Positions 17,703 through 28,052 of a DNA stretch of 64,000 nt are shown here, piece after piece. Numbering within the stretch: the first letter of the stretch is position 1; each line of letters begins with the position of its first letter. Location: NCBI GenBank assembly GCA_023380305.1, contig JAMCQZ010000005.1, positions 14,902 through 78,901 on the forward strand. Direction: 5' to 3'. Below the pieces are notes generated by a model. The model saw only the letters and a program-made list of their open reading frames with translations. It was not told the origin of the DNA and made no database searches. Source of the DNA: Patescibacteria group bacterium (GTDB taxonomy: Bacteria > Patescibacteriota > Minisyncoccia > UBA6257 > Colwellbacteraceae). The position numbers were made by a program, and so were the translations under genes.

Positions 17703-19358
17703 TTATTTGCCCATTTTTCCTTGGCGGGTTTTCGAGGCCGCCACAAAAGCCGCGAAAAGCGGATGGGGTTCCATGAACCGGCTTTTGAATTCCGGATGCG
17801 CCTGGGTGGCCACAAAAAACGGATGGGATTTTTGAGGAAGCTCTATGAATTCCACAAGCTCGCGGTTCGGGGAAAGGCCGCTGAAGACCATTCCCTTCGC
17901 GAAAATGTCCCGATGATATTTCGGATTAACCTCGAAACGATGTCTGTGCCTTTCTTCGATCGATCCCCTTCCTTTATGCCAGGGTTTATAGATCCTCCAG
18001 ACCAGGCTGCCTTTTAGGAGTTCGGCCGGATAAGCGCCGAGCCTCTGGGTGCCGCCCATTTTCTGCAAATCCTTCTGGGAGTCGAGGATGTCGATCACCG
18101 GATGATCGGTTTTTAATCCGAATTCCGAACTCGCGGCGTCTTTCCAACCAAGCATATTCTGGCACCACTCGACGATGGCGATTTGAAGTCCGTAACAAAG
18201 CCCCAAAAACGGGATTTTGTTTTCTCTCGAAAATCTGATGGCTTTGATAATGCCCGGCACTCCGCGATAGCCGTAACCTCCGGGAACGACGATAGCGTCC
18301 ACTTTCTTCAACCTCGCCGCCAGATCGGTTCTTTCGGAATCGATGGGAACGATCTTAACAGAAACGTTGTTCGCGGCGGCGGCGTGATGCAGAGCTTCGT
18401 TTACCGAAATATAAGCGTCCGGATGGTTATGGTATTTGCCGACCATACCGATGACGACTCTTTTTTTGGAAAGCGTTTTTTTGTATTGCTTCGCCCACGC
18501 GTCCAACCTGCATTTCTTGTTGGTCTTCATCCCGACGGCGCCGAGGACCGCCTTCAAAAGACCTTTCTCTTCCAGAGCGAGCGGAATCTCATAGATATTG
18601 ACGGCGTCGAGCGCTTCCACCACTCGATTCCGCGGAATGCTGCAAAAGAGGGATATCTTTTGGAGATTTTCTTCTTCGATCGGTCGCTTGGCCCTCACCA
18701 CCAGCACGTCCGGCTGGAGGCCTAACGACAACATGGCGCGCACCGAATGCTGAATCGGCTTGGTCTTCGCTTCGTCCGAAGGAAAGACGTAATCTATCTT
18801 CACCACGTGGATGTTTAAGAAACGGTTCTCCGATTTGAATTTCAAGGCCATCTGCCTCATTGCCTCGGCGAACGGCTGGATCTCAATGTCCGCGCCCATG
18901 GTGCCTCCGATTTCCACCAGTAAAAAATCCGGCCTGTCCTTTTCCGCCGCTTCTAAAATGCGACGCTGGATTTCATCGGTGATATGGGGAACGAACTGAA
19001 TAGTCTTGCCGAGGAATGACCCGTTCCGTTCCTTGTCAAGCACGGCCCTGAAAACCGAGCCGCTCGTGAAGTTGGATTTTTTGGTCAGAGAAACCGAAGT
19101 GAACCGCTCGTAATGCCCAAGATCGAGGTCTGTCTCGGCGCCATCGTCAGTAACAAAAACCTCGCCGTGTTGGAACGGATTCATCGTGCCCGCATCCTCG
19201 TTCAGATACGGATCGATTTTTACCTGCCTGATCGAATACCCGCAGGAGATCAAGAGCCTCCCCAGGCTCGAAGCGACGATTCCCTTTCCGATTCCGGAGA
19301 TGACTCCCCCGGTAATAAAAATAAATTTGGTTTTGTTGTTTCTGTTTCCGGAGGTCAT
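17703..19358 (-). CDS. pyrG: CTP synthase
   Basis: FITGGVISGIGKG, DPYLNEDAGTMNPFQHGEVFV, GLCYG, ERHRHRFE, QAHPEF. Confidence 0.97.
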   Translation of the reverse strand: MTSGNRNNKTKFIFITGGVISGIGKGIVASSLGRLLISCGYSIRQVKIDPYLNEDAGTMNPFQHGEVFVTDDGAETDLDLGHYERFTSVSLTKKSNFTSGSVFRAVLDKERNGSFLGKTIQFVPHITDEIQRRILEAAEKDRPDFLLVEIGGTMGADIEIQPFAEAMRQMALKFKSENRFLNIHVVKIDYVFPSDEAKTKPIQHSVRAMLSLGLQPDVLVVRAKRPIEEENLQKISLFCSIPRNRVVEALDAVNIYEIPLALEEKGLLKAVLGAVGMKTNKKCRLDAWAKQYKKTLSKKRVVIGMVGKYHNHPDAYISVNEALHHAAAANNVSVKIVPIDSERTDLAARLKKVDAIVVPGGYGYRGVPGIIKAIRFSRENKIPFLGLCYGLQIAIVEWCQNMLGWKDAASSEFGLKTDHPVIDILDSQKDLQKMGGTQRLGAYPAELLKGSLVWRIYKPWHKGRGSIEERHRHRFEVNPKYHRDIFAKGMVFSGLSPNRELVEFIELPQKSHPFFVATQAHPEFKSRFMEPHPLFAAFVAASKTRQGKMGK

Positions 19359-19367
19359 CTTCAATCG

Positions 19368-19541
19368 CTATCTTTTCGTCTCTTCTAAATTAACGCTTCC
19401 GCCGTTTTCCCATGATCTTTCCGCTAAGCCGATCCTGCCGTAAATCCAGGCGAGGAAAAAACCCAACGTGGTCAAATAAGCGATCAAGGCGATCTTTAAA
19501 AGCCTAAAAAACGACTCTGGATTGAAATGGCTTTTTTTCAT
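19368..19541 (-). CDS. small single-pass membrane protein (57 aa)
   Basis: Below ORF-track cut-off. MKKSHFNPESFFRLLKIALIAYLTTLGFFLAWIYGRIGLAERSWENGGSVNLEETKR; TATAAT upstream; ends 9 nt before pyrG. Confidence 0.6.
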   Translation of the reverse strand: MKKSHFNPESFFRLLKIALIAYLTTLGFFLAWIYGRIGLAERSWENGGSVNLEETKR

Positions 19542-19674
19542 ATGACGGGTCTAAAACTTTCTATATTATATATCGGGGGCAAACCAAAGCAAAAACCAGA
19601 AACTGTGATTAATTTAAAACGTCAAAAAAGCCGGATTTTAAAGGCCTAAACCCTCGATAAGGGAGCCTTTGTCT

Positions 19675-19748
19675 TGGAGCGGGATACGGGAATCGAACCC
19701 GCGTCTCAACCTTGGGAAGGTCGTATATTGCCACTATACTAATCCCGC
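19675..19748 (-). tRNA. tRNA-Gly(CCC)
   Basis: GCGGGAT/ATCCCGC acceptor stem, anticodon loop TTCCCAA, GGTTCGATTCC, encoded CCA. Confidence 0.95.
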
Positions 19749-20024
19749 TTATTCTCCTTGTTTGGGAACAACAATGATCGATCTTTCTCCCGGAAACTTG
19801 TAATTGAATCTCTCCCTTAAAGCCTTCAGGAGATTTTCGGGGATGCTTAAATAACCCACTTCCGCCTCCAGTTCCTTGTTTTCCGCTCTCAAGCCCTCGG
19901 CTTTGACTTTTAATTCGTTGTAATTGTCCGTCGCCGCAAGATAGGCGCCGTAAATTCCGTAGAGTTCGAATCCCGCAGCCAAAAGCAGGGTGCCGAGAAC
20001 CAAAGTGAGCGCAAGCTTCCACAT
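19749..20024 (-). CDS. septum formation initiator FtsB/DivIC-like
   Basis: N-terminal TM, coiled coil, RERFNYKFPGE (cf. AR..L....PGE). Confidence 0.75.
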   Translation of the reverse strand: MWKLALTLVLGTLLLAAGFELYGIYGAYLAATDNYNELKVKAEGLRAENKELEAEVGYLSIPENLLKALRERFNYKFPGERSIIVVPKQGE

Positions 20025-20047
20025 GCCGATTGTATTCTAACCGAGAA

Positions 20048-21802
20048 TTATTTTTTCAACAATTCTTTGAAAATCTCCGGCGAAATAGTAACTCTGGCCG
20101 AAGCCTGCAGCCTCTTCTTACCGGCCTGCTGTTTTTTCCAAAGCTTCATCTTGCGGGTGCGGTCTCCGCCCGTCTTCCCGAAATTACCCAGTTCCTTCCT
20201 CATCGCCGGAATGGTTTCGCGCGCCACGATTTTGCCGCCGACCGCCGCCTGGATCGGCTGGCTGAAGAGCTGTTTTGGCAAAAGGTTTTTCAGCTCCTCG
20301 ACGGTGGTCCTCGCCACGTGGTCAAGCTCGTCTTTATAGACGATTCTCGTAAGACCCGGAACTGTTTCGTTCGCCACCATAATCCGCATTTTTTCCACCC
20401 GGGCATCCTGCCAGCCGGCGATCTCGTAACTGAACGAGGCGTATCCTAACGAAACCGATTTCAGGCGGTCGTCGAAATCGGAGATGAGCTCGGATAGGGG
20501 CATCTTGGCGGAAATAACAATCCTGTCGTCGATAACTTCGGTTTCAACGATTTCCATTCTGAAAATGTCCTTCAGCCCCAGGACTTTCCCAAGATAGTTT
20601 TGCGGCACGATGATTTTCAGACTGACGATCGGCTCCTCCGCTCCTAAGTTCTCATCGGGAAAATCTTTAGGGCTTTCCACCATTTTCACGCCGGTTTTTG
20701 TTTTGACGCGGTAGGCCACTGACGGGAAGCTCGTGACGACCGGCAGGTTAAATTCGCGGTTCAACCGCTCGGTCGCGATTTCAAAGTGAAGTCTTCCTAA
20801 AAATCCTGTTTTGAATCCTCTGCCCAAAATCTCGCTGTAATCTGGTTCGACGGAGATGGACGAATCAACCAACCGCAATTTATTCAAAGCGGCCTTCAAG
20901 TCGTCATACTTATCGCCTTCGTCCGGATATAAGGAGACGAAAACGACGGGTTTCGGAGGGTTGTAGCCTTCAAGTGGAATCGTGCCGATGGTGTCGCCGA
21001 TGCGGAGCACGCCCGGGTCCTTGATGCCGGTCGCGATATAGCCGATTTCCCCCGGAGTTAATTTCACTGTCGGCTTAAATTCCGGATTAAAAATTCCCAC
21101 TTCCTTGATACCAAAACCGCGGTCGGCCGCGACAAGCCTCGTTTCCTTCCGGCCCGCAAACTCGCCGGAAAAAACGCGGACGTACGCGATGATCCCCTTG
21201 TGGTCGTTGTAAACAGAATCGAAAATCAAAGCCTGCTCGCCGTTGTCGGGCGTCGGCGCCGGAACCTCGTCGGCGATACCCCGCAAAAGCTCGGCGACGC
21301 CAGCACCGGTTTTGCCGGAAACACGATAGATTCTTTCCGGCGGTTCTCCTAAAAGCTTGGCCACTTCTCCGATCTTTTTTTCGAGATCCGGCGGATTCAA
21401 ATCAATCTTATTGACGCAACCGATGATCTTCAGACCGGCTTTCCGAGCCGCCTCGAAATTAGCGAGGGTCTGCGCCTGGACGCCCTGAGTGGCGTCAACT
21501 AAAAGAACGGCACCCTCGACCGCTTTTAAGGCACGGGAGACCTCGTAGCCGAAATCGCTGTGTCCCGGCGTGTCTATGAGGTTAAAGATGTATTCGCTTC
21601 CCTGGCCCGGACAATAGATCATCCTTACCGGCGTCATTTTGATGGTGATGCCCCGTTCGCGTTCGAGCTCCATCTGATCGAGATACTGGGGCCGCATCAG
21701 CCTTTTTGGCACGGTGCCGGTGATTTCAAGCATGCGGTCGGCCAAGGTCGATTTTCCGTGGTCGATATGGGCGATAATGACGAAATTGCGAATATTTTCC
21801 AT
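20048..21802 (-). CDS. lepA: elongation factor 4
   Basis: IRNFVIIAHIDHGKSTLADR, LIDTPGH, GFLGRLH, GGDRTRKMKL..KQ..GKK. Confidence 0.97.
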   Translation of the reverse strand: MENIRNFVIIAHIDHGKSTLADRMLEITGTVPKRLMRPQYLDQMELERERGITIKMTPVRMIYCPGQGSEYIFNLIDTPGHSDFGYEVSRALKAVEGAVLLVDATQGVQAQTLANFEAARKAGLKIIGCVNKIDLNPPDLEKKIGEVAKLLGEPPERIYRVSGKTGAGVAELLRGIADEVPAPTPDNGEQALIFDSVYNDHKGIIAYVRVFSGEFAGRKETRLVAADRGFGIKEVGIFNPEFKPTVKLTPGEIGYIATGIKDPGVLRIGDTIGTIPLEGYNPPKPVVFVSLYPDEGDKYDDLKAALNKLRLVDSSISVEPDYSEILGRGFKTGFLGRLHFEIATERLNREFNLPVVTSFPSVAYRVKTKTGVKMVESPKDFPDENLGAEEPIVSLKIIVPQNYLGKVLGLKDIFRMEIVETEVIDDRIVISAKMPLSELISDFDDRLKSVSLGYASFSYEIAGWQDARVEKMRIMVANETVPGLTRIVYKDELDHVARTTVEELKNLLPKQLFSQPIQAAVGGKIVARETIPAMRKELGNFGKTGGDRTRKMKLWKKQQAGKKRLQASARVTISPEIFKELLKK

Positions 21803-23757
21803 TAAATCTGTTTTAAATTGAGATCGATGATGAGGCGTTTCGGCGGATCGTCGCTTTCGTAGGAAAAGGCCGAAATCCCGGTTTCTTTAAAGATAAATCC
21901 AGGCGGAGCCGAAATTTCGTACTTGAACGAAGATTCGACGCCGGATTGCTTTTCGTAAACGAAACGGAAATGATCCCGGATCATCGACGGCTGCTCGTAG
22001 GAAACCGCGAGTTTCCCGGTTTTGCCGGGTCTCACGTCCAACCAGTATCCTAAGACTTTTTTAGCCGATTGGAAACCGGATTCGAAGAGCTCCACGTCCG
22101 GATCCCGGCTATATCCCGCCTTCGCGTAATTCACTTTCGGCGTTACCGTCCGGCTGGTGTTCCCGGTCGCTTTCAGGGCCTTGGCTTCTTTCGGAGCGAG
22201 GATTTGGATGTAATCCTGATTGGTCGCCCGGTAAAAACTCAATTTCTGGTTTTGGCCGGTATGCGTCCTTACGATCTCCAAATTGTTTTTGATCGTTCCG
22301 TCGGACAGGAGTTCGCTCTTTAAAGAAATCTTCTGTTTCATAAAGACATCTGTTTTCCCGCCGTTGATGTTCGCATTCGCCACCGCCAGATAATCGGCAT
22401 AATCGCCGTCAGCCGATTTATAAATCGATCCAGTCATACCCAAGGATTCGGCCGCGGTCTCCAGCCTCCTATTTTTAAAATAAACTCGGATGTCTTTCCG
22501 ATTGAACGACTCAAAGATGGAAGCGAACAGCCTCTCTTTTTGGGTGTCGTCGGACTGCTGTATTCTTTCCACAATCTTCGGCGCCAGGACTTTCAATATC
22601 TGCTTGCGCGCCGGCCCCTTGGAAGCGGAATTCAGAGAAACCTCTTCCTGTATCTCCGTCAGAAAATTATCTTTGGTTAGAGTCAGCTTGTATTCGGGGA
22701 GATCGATCGGTCCGCAGATATCGAGAATGCGCTCGACCGCCCGGCTGTTGATGGCAACCACCCCTTGAAATTCCACGGCTTTGTCCTTGTAGGCGGATGA
22801 GCCGTTTAAAAAAGAGAGTGTTTTCTCCGCGGAAGACGGAAAATCAAAAAACCAGTTGGCGTCCCGAGCTCCCCATGATTTAGCGATAACCTGCAACGGT
22901 TTCGGCGGAACAACATTCTCTTCAAAATACTGATCCGGATAAAAAATATCGTTTACCGTCAAAGTCTCAATCTTGCCGAATTTGACGGCCGCATCGGCGT
23001 AACTGCCGTTAAAACCGCCGGCTGGCCGGATTTCGGAAACGTTCTCGAAAATAAACGCGATATGGCTATTCCCGGCAAGGACCTCCTGAAGGCCGGCGAG
23101 GCCGTCTTTGATCGTATAAAGGCCGGATTGGAGATTTAGATAAGCCGGGGAAATTTTGCCGGCGAAACCGAATTTTGAAGCGACGTTCCGCAGCAAAGCC
23201 GCTTTGTCGTTAATCGAAGAAACGGTCTTCTCAAGCCGCTCCAGGCTCGCGACAAGCGCTTCCCCGTCTTCGAAAAGCCAGTTGAGACCGCTTTGTTTTA
23301 GGGAAGCCATCTCTGATTCGGCGGCGTCGATATCTTTGTTAAAAGCGATAAGATACTCCGGGAAGCGCCCTCCTTCGCTCCAAAAATCAAATGCCTGAAG
23401 AATGGACGAATCCCCCGGCGTCCAGTCGAGCGGCTCCACCCCGGAACCGGCGTTGTCCCCGGAAATATCGGACCGGTCGATAAAAGACACGATTCTCATA
23501 AAGCTCTGCTGCAATTCCGCCACCGAACGCATAGTCTGGTTCCGATAATGGATGAACATTCCGAAAGCCAATCCTGCAATTACGATCGCCGCCCCGAAAA
23601 CAACCGCCTTCGAGGAAAATCGATTGGTCTTCGGACCAAAAGAATCATCGCCCCTGCCCCTGAAAAGGCCGTTAAAAGTCTTCTCTTCGAATTCCCCGCC
23701 GGGATTTTTAATATCCTTAACGACGGACGTTTTTTTGAGAGGTTTATTATCGGACAT
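21802..23757 (-). CDS. DUF4012-type membrane-anchored protein
   Basis: N-terminal TM; N..EIRPAGGFNGSY, RDANWFFDFP.SA, NINGGKTD and KQSG motifs. Confidence 0.8.
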   Translation of the reverse strand: MSDNKPLKKTSVVKDIKNPGGEFEEKTFNGLFRGRGDDSFGPKTNRFSSKAVVFGAAIVIAGLAFGMFIHYRNQTMRSVAELQQSFMRIVSFIDRSDISGDNAGSGVEPLDWTPGDSSILQAFDFWSEGGRFPEYLIAFNKDIDAAESEMASLKQSGLNWLFEDGEALVASLERLEKTVSSINDKAALLRNVASKFGFAGKISPAYLNLQSGLYTIKDGLAGLQEVLAGNSHIAFIFENVSEIRPAGGFNGSYADAAVKFGKIETLTVNDIFYPDQYFEENVVPPKPLQVIAKSWGARDANWFFDFPSSAEKTLSFLNGSSAYKDKAVEFQGVVAINSRAVERILDICGPIDLPEYKLTLTKDNFLTEIQEEVSLNSASKGPARKQILKVLAPKIVERIQQSDDTQKERLFASIFESFNRKDIRVYFKNRRLETAAESLGMTGSIYKSADGDYADYLAVANANINGGKTDVFMKQKISLKSELLSDGTIKNNLEIVRTHTGQNQKLSFYRATNQDYIQILAPKEAKALKATGNTSRTVTPKVNYAKAGYSRDPDVELFESGFQSAKKVLGYWLDVRPGKTGKLAVSYEQPSMIRDHFRFVYEKQSGVESSFKYEISAPPGFIFKETGISAFSYESDDPPKRLIIDLNLKQI

Positions 23758-24175
23758 GTTTTGCTATGAAAAAACGCAAATCTTCGGCTGTTTTATCGGT
23801 TAAATCATACCCGAAAACCCTTTTAAGCGGTATCCAATCGAAATCGGCCCCTTCGCCGAGACGCATGGATGACTTCGGCAACTCGGTTTCCACGAAAAAA
23901 ACGCATCGATATTTTCGCAAATCTTCGTTGAAATAATCAGCGAGAGGAACGATGTCTTTGCCTTTAAGATCGACTCCGAGCTCTTCTCTTATCTCCCGTT
24001 TAAAAGTTTGGCAAGGCGTCTCGCCGCCTTCGGCCGATCCTCCGAAAAAGGCCCACTTGTCGGGGTTTGTTTCGGCCGAAGAATCGCGTTTGTGCAGCAA
24101 AACCGATTTTGCCGTCGGATTGTAAAAAAATCCGCCGGCGTAAAAACCATTTTCCGCGACGGTTTCTTTGTTCAT
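23747..24175 (-). CDS. NUDIX hydrolase
   Basis: Nudix box GGSAEGGETPCQTFKREIREELG. Confidence 0.9.
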   Translation of the reverse strand: MNKETVAENGFYAGGFFYNPTAKSVLLHKRDSSAETNPDKWAFFGGSAEGGETPCQTFKREIREELGVDLKGKDIVPLADYFNEDLRKYRCVFFVETELPKSSMRLGEGADFDWIPLKRVFGYDLTDKTAEDLRFFIAKHVR

Positions 24176-24187
24176 GGTCCTTTTAAA

Positions 24188-24490
24188 TTATGATTCTTCC
24201 AAAATGATTTTTTTCTTGAACACTCCGCGGTTTTCGGCTTTGTCCGACCTGACCGCCTCAAGCTCGTCCGCGCCGAAACCCTTGTAGTCGGCTATGGCGC
24301 TCACCACCTCCTGGATGTCGGCCAATTCCTCGATGGTCTCGTTCTCGAAAAATTCCTTGATTTCTTCAAGCAGCTTCTCTTTCAGCTTGGCCCAATATTC
24401 GGCGTCATCGGCGACGTGCGTTACCGGCGTCCCTCCCCGGCTAACGATATATTCCGGGATTTTATCCCTCACCAATTTGTTGTATTTCAT
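24188..24490 (-). CDS. MazG-like nucleoside triphosphate pyrophosphohydrolase
   Basis: YNKLVRDKIPE, KLLEEIKE, EELADIQEV, K...RG.F. Confidence 0.85.
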   Translation of the reverse strand: MKYNKLVRDKIPEYIVSRGGTPVTHVADDAEYWAKLKEKLLEEIKEFFENETIEELADIQEVVSAIADYKGFGADELEAVRSDKAENRGVFKKKIILEES

Positions 24491-24531
24491 GCGTTGATCG
24501 TCGATTCTATTTCCCGTGGCAATGTTTGTAT

Positions 24532-24996
24532 TTATTTCTGCGATTGTATAAACCCTTTTCGACCGTTTTCGACATATTGTTCAGCAAATTCTTCTTTTTC
24601 AACAGATAAAAATCTATGATGATAGCTAAAAAAATCTTCGATTAATTTTCTTTCTGTTTCAGGAATATCTTTCCATTCTCGAATATCCTCTCGAGAGACA
24701 TCGACAGCGACCACCTTATCATCCCCGTCCGCCCGCCTAATTAAGGCTATCGGTTTTACACATATTTCTTCGCCGACCGTCGACTCTCTGTCTGATAAAA
24801 CCAAAATATCAATTTCGTCTCCTTCTTTCTCGTTTAAGGTTTCTGGAATAAACCCATAATGAATCGGCATAACGCCATCATTAATGGGAATAATATCTTT
24901 TGTTGGTCCGAGATCAATAAATCCCGTTTTATCAAATTTAAAATGACGCCGTCTGTCGTCGCCCTTCGGAATTTCAATAATCGCTTTCATATTCAT
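24532..24996 (-). CDS. ppa: inorganic pyrophosphatase (family I)
   Basis: IEIPKG, HYGFIPET, EGDEIDIL, DGDDKVVAV. Confidence 0.85.
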   Translation of the reverse strand: MNMKAIIEIPKGDDRRRHFKFDKTGFIDLGPTKDIIPINDGVMPIHYGFIPETLNEKEGDEIDILVLSDRESTVGEEICVKPIALIRRADGDDKVVAVDVSREDIREWKDIPETERKLIEDFFSYHHRFLSVEKEEFAEQYVENGRKGFIQSQK

Positions 24997-25035
24997 ATCT
25001 TTTTTAATCAACGGCGCACTATTTATATGCGAGAA

Positions 25036-27477
25036 CTACACATTTTCCCCATGGCAATGTTTGTATTTTATCGGCCGGCCGTCCGGGTGCTTCGCTCCGC
25101 ACGGACAAGGATCGTTCCGGCCGACCTCCTTGCCGAAATTCCGGCTGTCCGGTTTCGGCGCCTCTTCGACCACGGCTTCGCTAGCGCCAAACTGCAATTT
25201 GAAAACGTTGTCCGCGATCCACTGGCTGAAATTTCGCAGCATGGCGTTGAACATCGCGTGGCTGTCGCGCCGGTATTCCACCAAAGGGTCGCGATGGCCG
25301 TAAGCGCGAATACGTACGGATTCGATCAAGGCCTCGATATCCTCAAGGTGGTTCATCCAAAACATATCGAGAATCATAAGGACGATCCGGCGGATTTCCG
25401 GCAGATGATCGAGGGACTGGAGCCGGCTTTCCAGATCCGTCGGTGTTTCGACGCCGGCGTCCAGAAAAGCGGCTTCGATCATTTTTTTCGTTCCTTCGTC
25501 GTCAAGATGGAGAATGGTCTGTCGGCGATTGTAAATATTGGTCCGCTGCTTATTCAAAACATCGTCGTAATCGAGCAGATTTTTTCTGATATCGAAATTA
25601 AACCCCTCGACTTTGTTTTGGGCTTCGGCGATGGCTTTCGACACCAAACGCGCTTCTATCGGCTGGTCCTCGGGTATTTTTAGGGTCTGCATCATCGCCT
25701 TCAGACGATCTCCTCCGAAAATTCTCATCAAGTCGTCTTCGAGCGAAAGAAAGAACCTCGACGATCCGGGATCTCCTTGCCGGCCGCTCCGGCCGCGAAG
25801 CTGGTTATCGATGCGGCGGGCTTCGTGACGTTCGGTGCCGATAACATGGAGTCCTCCGGCTTCGCGCACCTTGGCGGCCGCCTCTTTATCGGGCGGATTT
25901 CCTCCCAAGATAATGTCGACGCCGCGTCCGGCCATATTGGTGGCGAGAGTAACCGCCCCCGGCCTTCCAGCCTGCGCGATGATCGCTCCTTCGCGCTCGT
26001 TATTTTTGGCGTTCAAAATTTCGTGATCAACGCCGGCCCGATGAAGATATTTGGAAAACTCCTCGTTTTTTTCAATAGAGATCGTCCCGATCAGAATCGG
26101 TTGGCCTTTTTCGCGACGGTTTCTGATATCCTCGACGATCGCCCGGTATTTTGATTCTTTGGTTTTATAAATCAAGTCGGGTAGATCCTTGCGAACCAAA
26201 GGTTTGTTTGTCGGAATACTCGTCACTTCCAATTTATAAACCTTAAAGAACTCCTCAGCCGAGGTGGCGGCCGTGCCGGTCATGCCGGAAATCTTTTGAT
26301 AAAGCCGAAAATAATTCTGGATGGTGATTTGGGCGTAGGTTTTCGATTCTTCGGCCACCTTCAGGCCCTCCTTGGCCTCGAGCGCTTGATGGAGCCCGGC
26401 GGAATACCGGCGACCGAACATCAAACGGCCCGTGAATTGATCAACGATAACCACTTCCCCGTCGCGAACGACGTAATCCCGATCGCGCAAAAAATGCCTT
26501 TCAGCCCTAAGGCAAGCCTCAAGATAGTGCACCAGCCTAAAATTAGTCGGGCCGTAAAGGTCGCTCACACCGACGATTTTTTCCACTTTGTCGATTCCGG
26601 AATCCGTGATCTCGACCGACTTTGTTTTATCGTCGGCCGTGTAATCCTCTCCCTCGACGAGCTGCTTTACCGCTCTCGCGAAAATACGGTAATAATCACT
26701 CGATGATTGGTCCGGAGCGGCGATGATGAGTGGCGTGCGTGCCTCGTCGATTAAAATGCTGTCTACCTCATCGATGATAGCGAAATAATGCGGTCTTTGG
26801 ACCTGGCCCGAAACATCATAAACCAAGTTATCCCTCAGATAATCAAATCCGAATTCGGCATTGGTGCCATAGGTAATGTCGGCAAGATATGCCTCCTTGC
26901 GCGTTATCGGCCTTAAATATTTTTCCTGGACCAAAAAACTCCCTTTAATATCCCTTTCTTCATCGACCGATTCAGCTACTTGGCTAGGCACGAAGGACGG
27001 ATCGTACAAAAAAGCATTGTCGTGGACGATGCAGGCGGTTTTCAGCCCGAGGGAATAATAAATCTGTCCCATCCATACCGCGTCCCTTTTGGCAAGGTAA
27101 TCGTTCACTGTAATGACGTGGACCCCTTTTCCAGATAGCGCGTTTAAATAAGCCGGCGCCACCGCCGCCAAGGTTTTTCCTTCACCAGTCAACATTTCCA
27201 CGATCTTGCCACGGTGGAGATGCAGTCCGCCGAGCATTTGCGTGTCAAAAGGCCTCTGACCCAGGGTTCGTTTCGACGCTTCGCGGCACAAAGCGAACAC
27301 CTCCGGAGTCGCCGCATCCAAATCTTCCCCCGAGACGATCCTCTCGCGAAGCTCGGCGCTTTTTTCTTTAATGGCTTCGTTTGTTAGCCCGGTCACGGAG
27401 CTTTCCAGACGGTTGATCTCCTCGATGATTCTTTTAGGATCAAGGTTCCGTTTATTCGCAAAAAAATTTAAAAACAT
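25036..27477 (-). CDS. secA: protein translocase subunit SecA
   Basis: EMLTGEGKT, VNDYLAKRD, IIDEVDSILIDEARTPLI, GRSGRQGDPG, GRNDPCPCG. Confidence 0.98.
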   Translation of the reverse strand: MFLNFFANKRNLDPKRIIEEINRLESSVTGLTNEAIKEKSAELRERIVSGEDLDAATPEVFALCREASKRTLGQRPFDTQMLGGLHLHRGKIVEMLTGEGKTLAAVAPAYLNALSGKGVHVITVNDYLAKRDAVWMGQIYYSLGLKTACIVHDNAFLYDPSFVPSQVAESVDEERDIKGSFLVQEKYLRPITRKEAYLADITYGTNAEFGFDYLRDNLVYDVSGQVQRPHYFAIIDEVDSILIDEARTPLIIAAPDQSSSDYYRIFARAVKQLVEGEDYTADDKTKSVEITDSGIDKVEKIVGVSDLYGPTNFRLVHYLEACLRAERHFLRDRDYVVRDGEVVIVDQFTGRLMFGRRYSAGLHQALEAKEGLKVAEESKTYAQITIQNYFRLYQKISGMTGTAATSAEEFFKVYKLEVTSIPTNKPLVRKDLPDLIYKTKESKYRAIVEDIRNRREKGQPILIGTISIEKNEEFSKYLHRAGVDHEILNAKNNEREGAIIAQAGRPGAVTLATNMAGRGVDIILGGNPPDKEAAAKVREAGGLHVIGTERHEARRIDNQLRGRSGRQGDPGSSRFFLSLEDDLMRIFGGDRLKAMMQTLKIPEDQPIEARLVSKAIAEAQNKVEGFNFDIRKNLLDYDDVLNKQRTNIYNRRQTILHLDDEGTKKMIEAAFLDAGVETPTDLESRLQSLDHLPEIRRIVLMILDMFWMNHLEDIEALIESVRIRAYGHRDPLVEYRRDSHAMFNAMLRNFSQWIADNVFKLQFGASEAVVEEAPKPDSRNFGKEVGRNDPCPCGAKHPDGRPIKYKHCHGENV

Positions 27478-27791
27478 CAACTATTCAATTCCTTATATTT
27501 TTTTACCGCCTCGGAAAGAATCTCTTTGACTTTGTCGATTGCGGCTGTCAGATCCTCTTCCGTCGCTTCGGCTCTAATCAGTTTTTTCGGAAGGTCGAGA
27601 TTGGCCTCCGCTCGGAAAACGTCTCCCTTCTGATGGTGACGGGTGGTTTTCGAGACTTCAAAATCTAATTCAATTTCGCCGTTGTCGTCAAATTTTGCCA
27701 ACAGCCTTTCGACAGCCCCAAGCTTGGCGGTTGCCGTGTCCCGGATGGCCGGCGTCAATTCGAATCCCGACGCCTTAAGATTGATATTCAT
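27477..27791 (-). CDS. ribosome hibernation promoting factor HPF/RaiA
   Basis: MNINLKASGFELTPAI, HHQKGDVFRAE, DLTAAID; TGATG overlap with secA. Confidence 0.9.
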   Translation of the reverse strand: MNINLKASGFELTPAIRDTATAKLGAVERLLAKFDDNGEIELDFEVSKTTRHHQKGDVFRAEANLDLPKKLIRAEATEEDLTAAIDKVKEILSEAVKKYKELNS

Positions 27792-27916
27792 GTGTATATA
27801 AAAGAAATTTATGACCTCCAGGCCCCATTATAACAGGGATTATCTGCGAGGGGAAACCAGTCGAAAAGCCTGCTATAACGCCTCCCCAAAGCTTTTCCAA
27901 AAGACTAGGAAATACA

Positions 27917-27953
27917 AAAAATCTCCTCCCGCGAATCGCGGGAGGAGATTTTT
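27917..27953 (-). terminator. rho-independent terminator after Lys-rich peptide gene
   Basis: AAAAATCTCCTCCCGCGA-A-TCGCGGGAGGAGATTTTT perfect inverted repeat. Confidence 0.85.
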
Positions 27954-27959
27954 CAAAGA

Positions 27960-28052
27960 CTATTTCCTCTTTTTAGCCTTCTTAGTTGTCTTCTTGGCCT
28001 TCTTCGCCGTCTTCTTCACCGTCTTTTTGGCCTTCTTAGCTTTTTTAGCCAT
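27960..28052 (-). CDS. 30-aa Lys-rich histone H1-tail-like peptide
   Basis: MAKKAKKAKKTVKKTAKKAKKTTKKAKKRK; varied synonymous codons, own terminator, TATAAT-like elements upstream. Confidence 0.75.
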   Translation of the reverse strand: MAKKAKKAKKTVKKTAKKAKKTTKKAKKRK

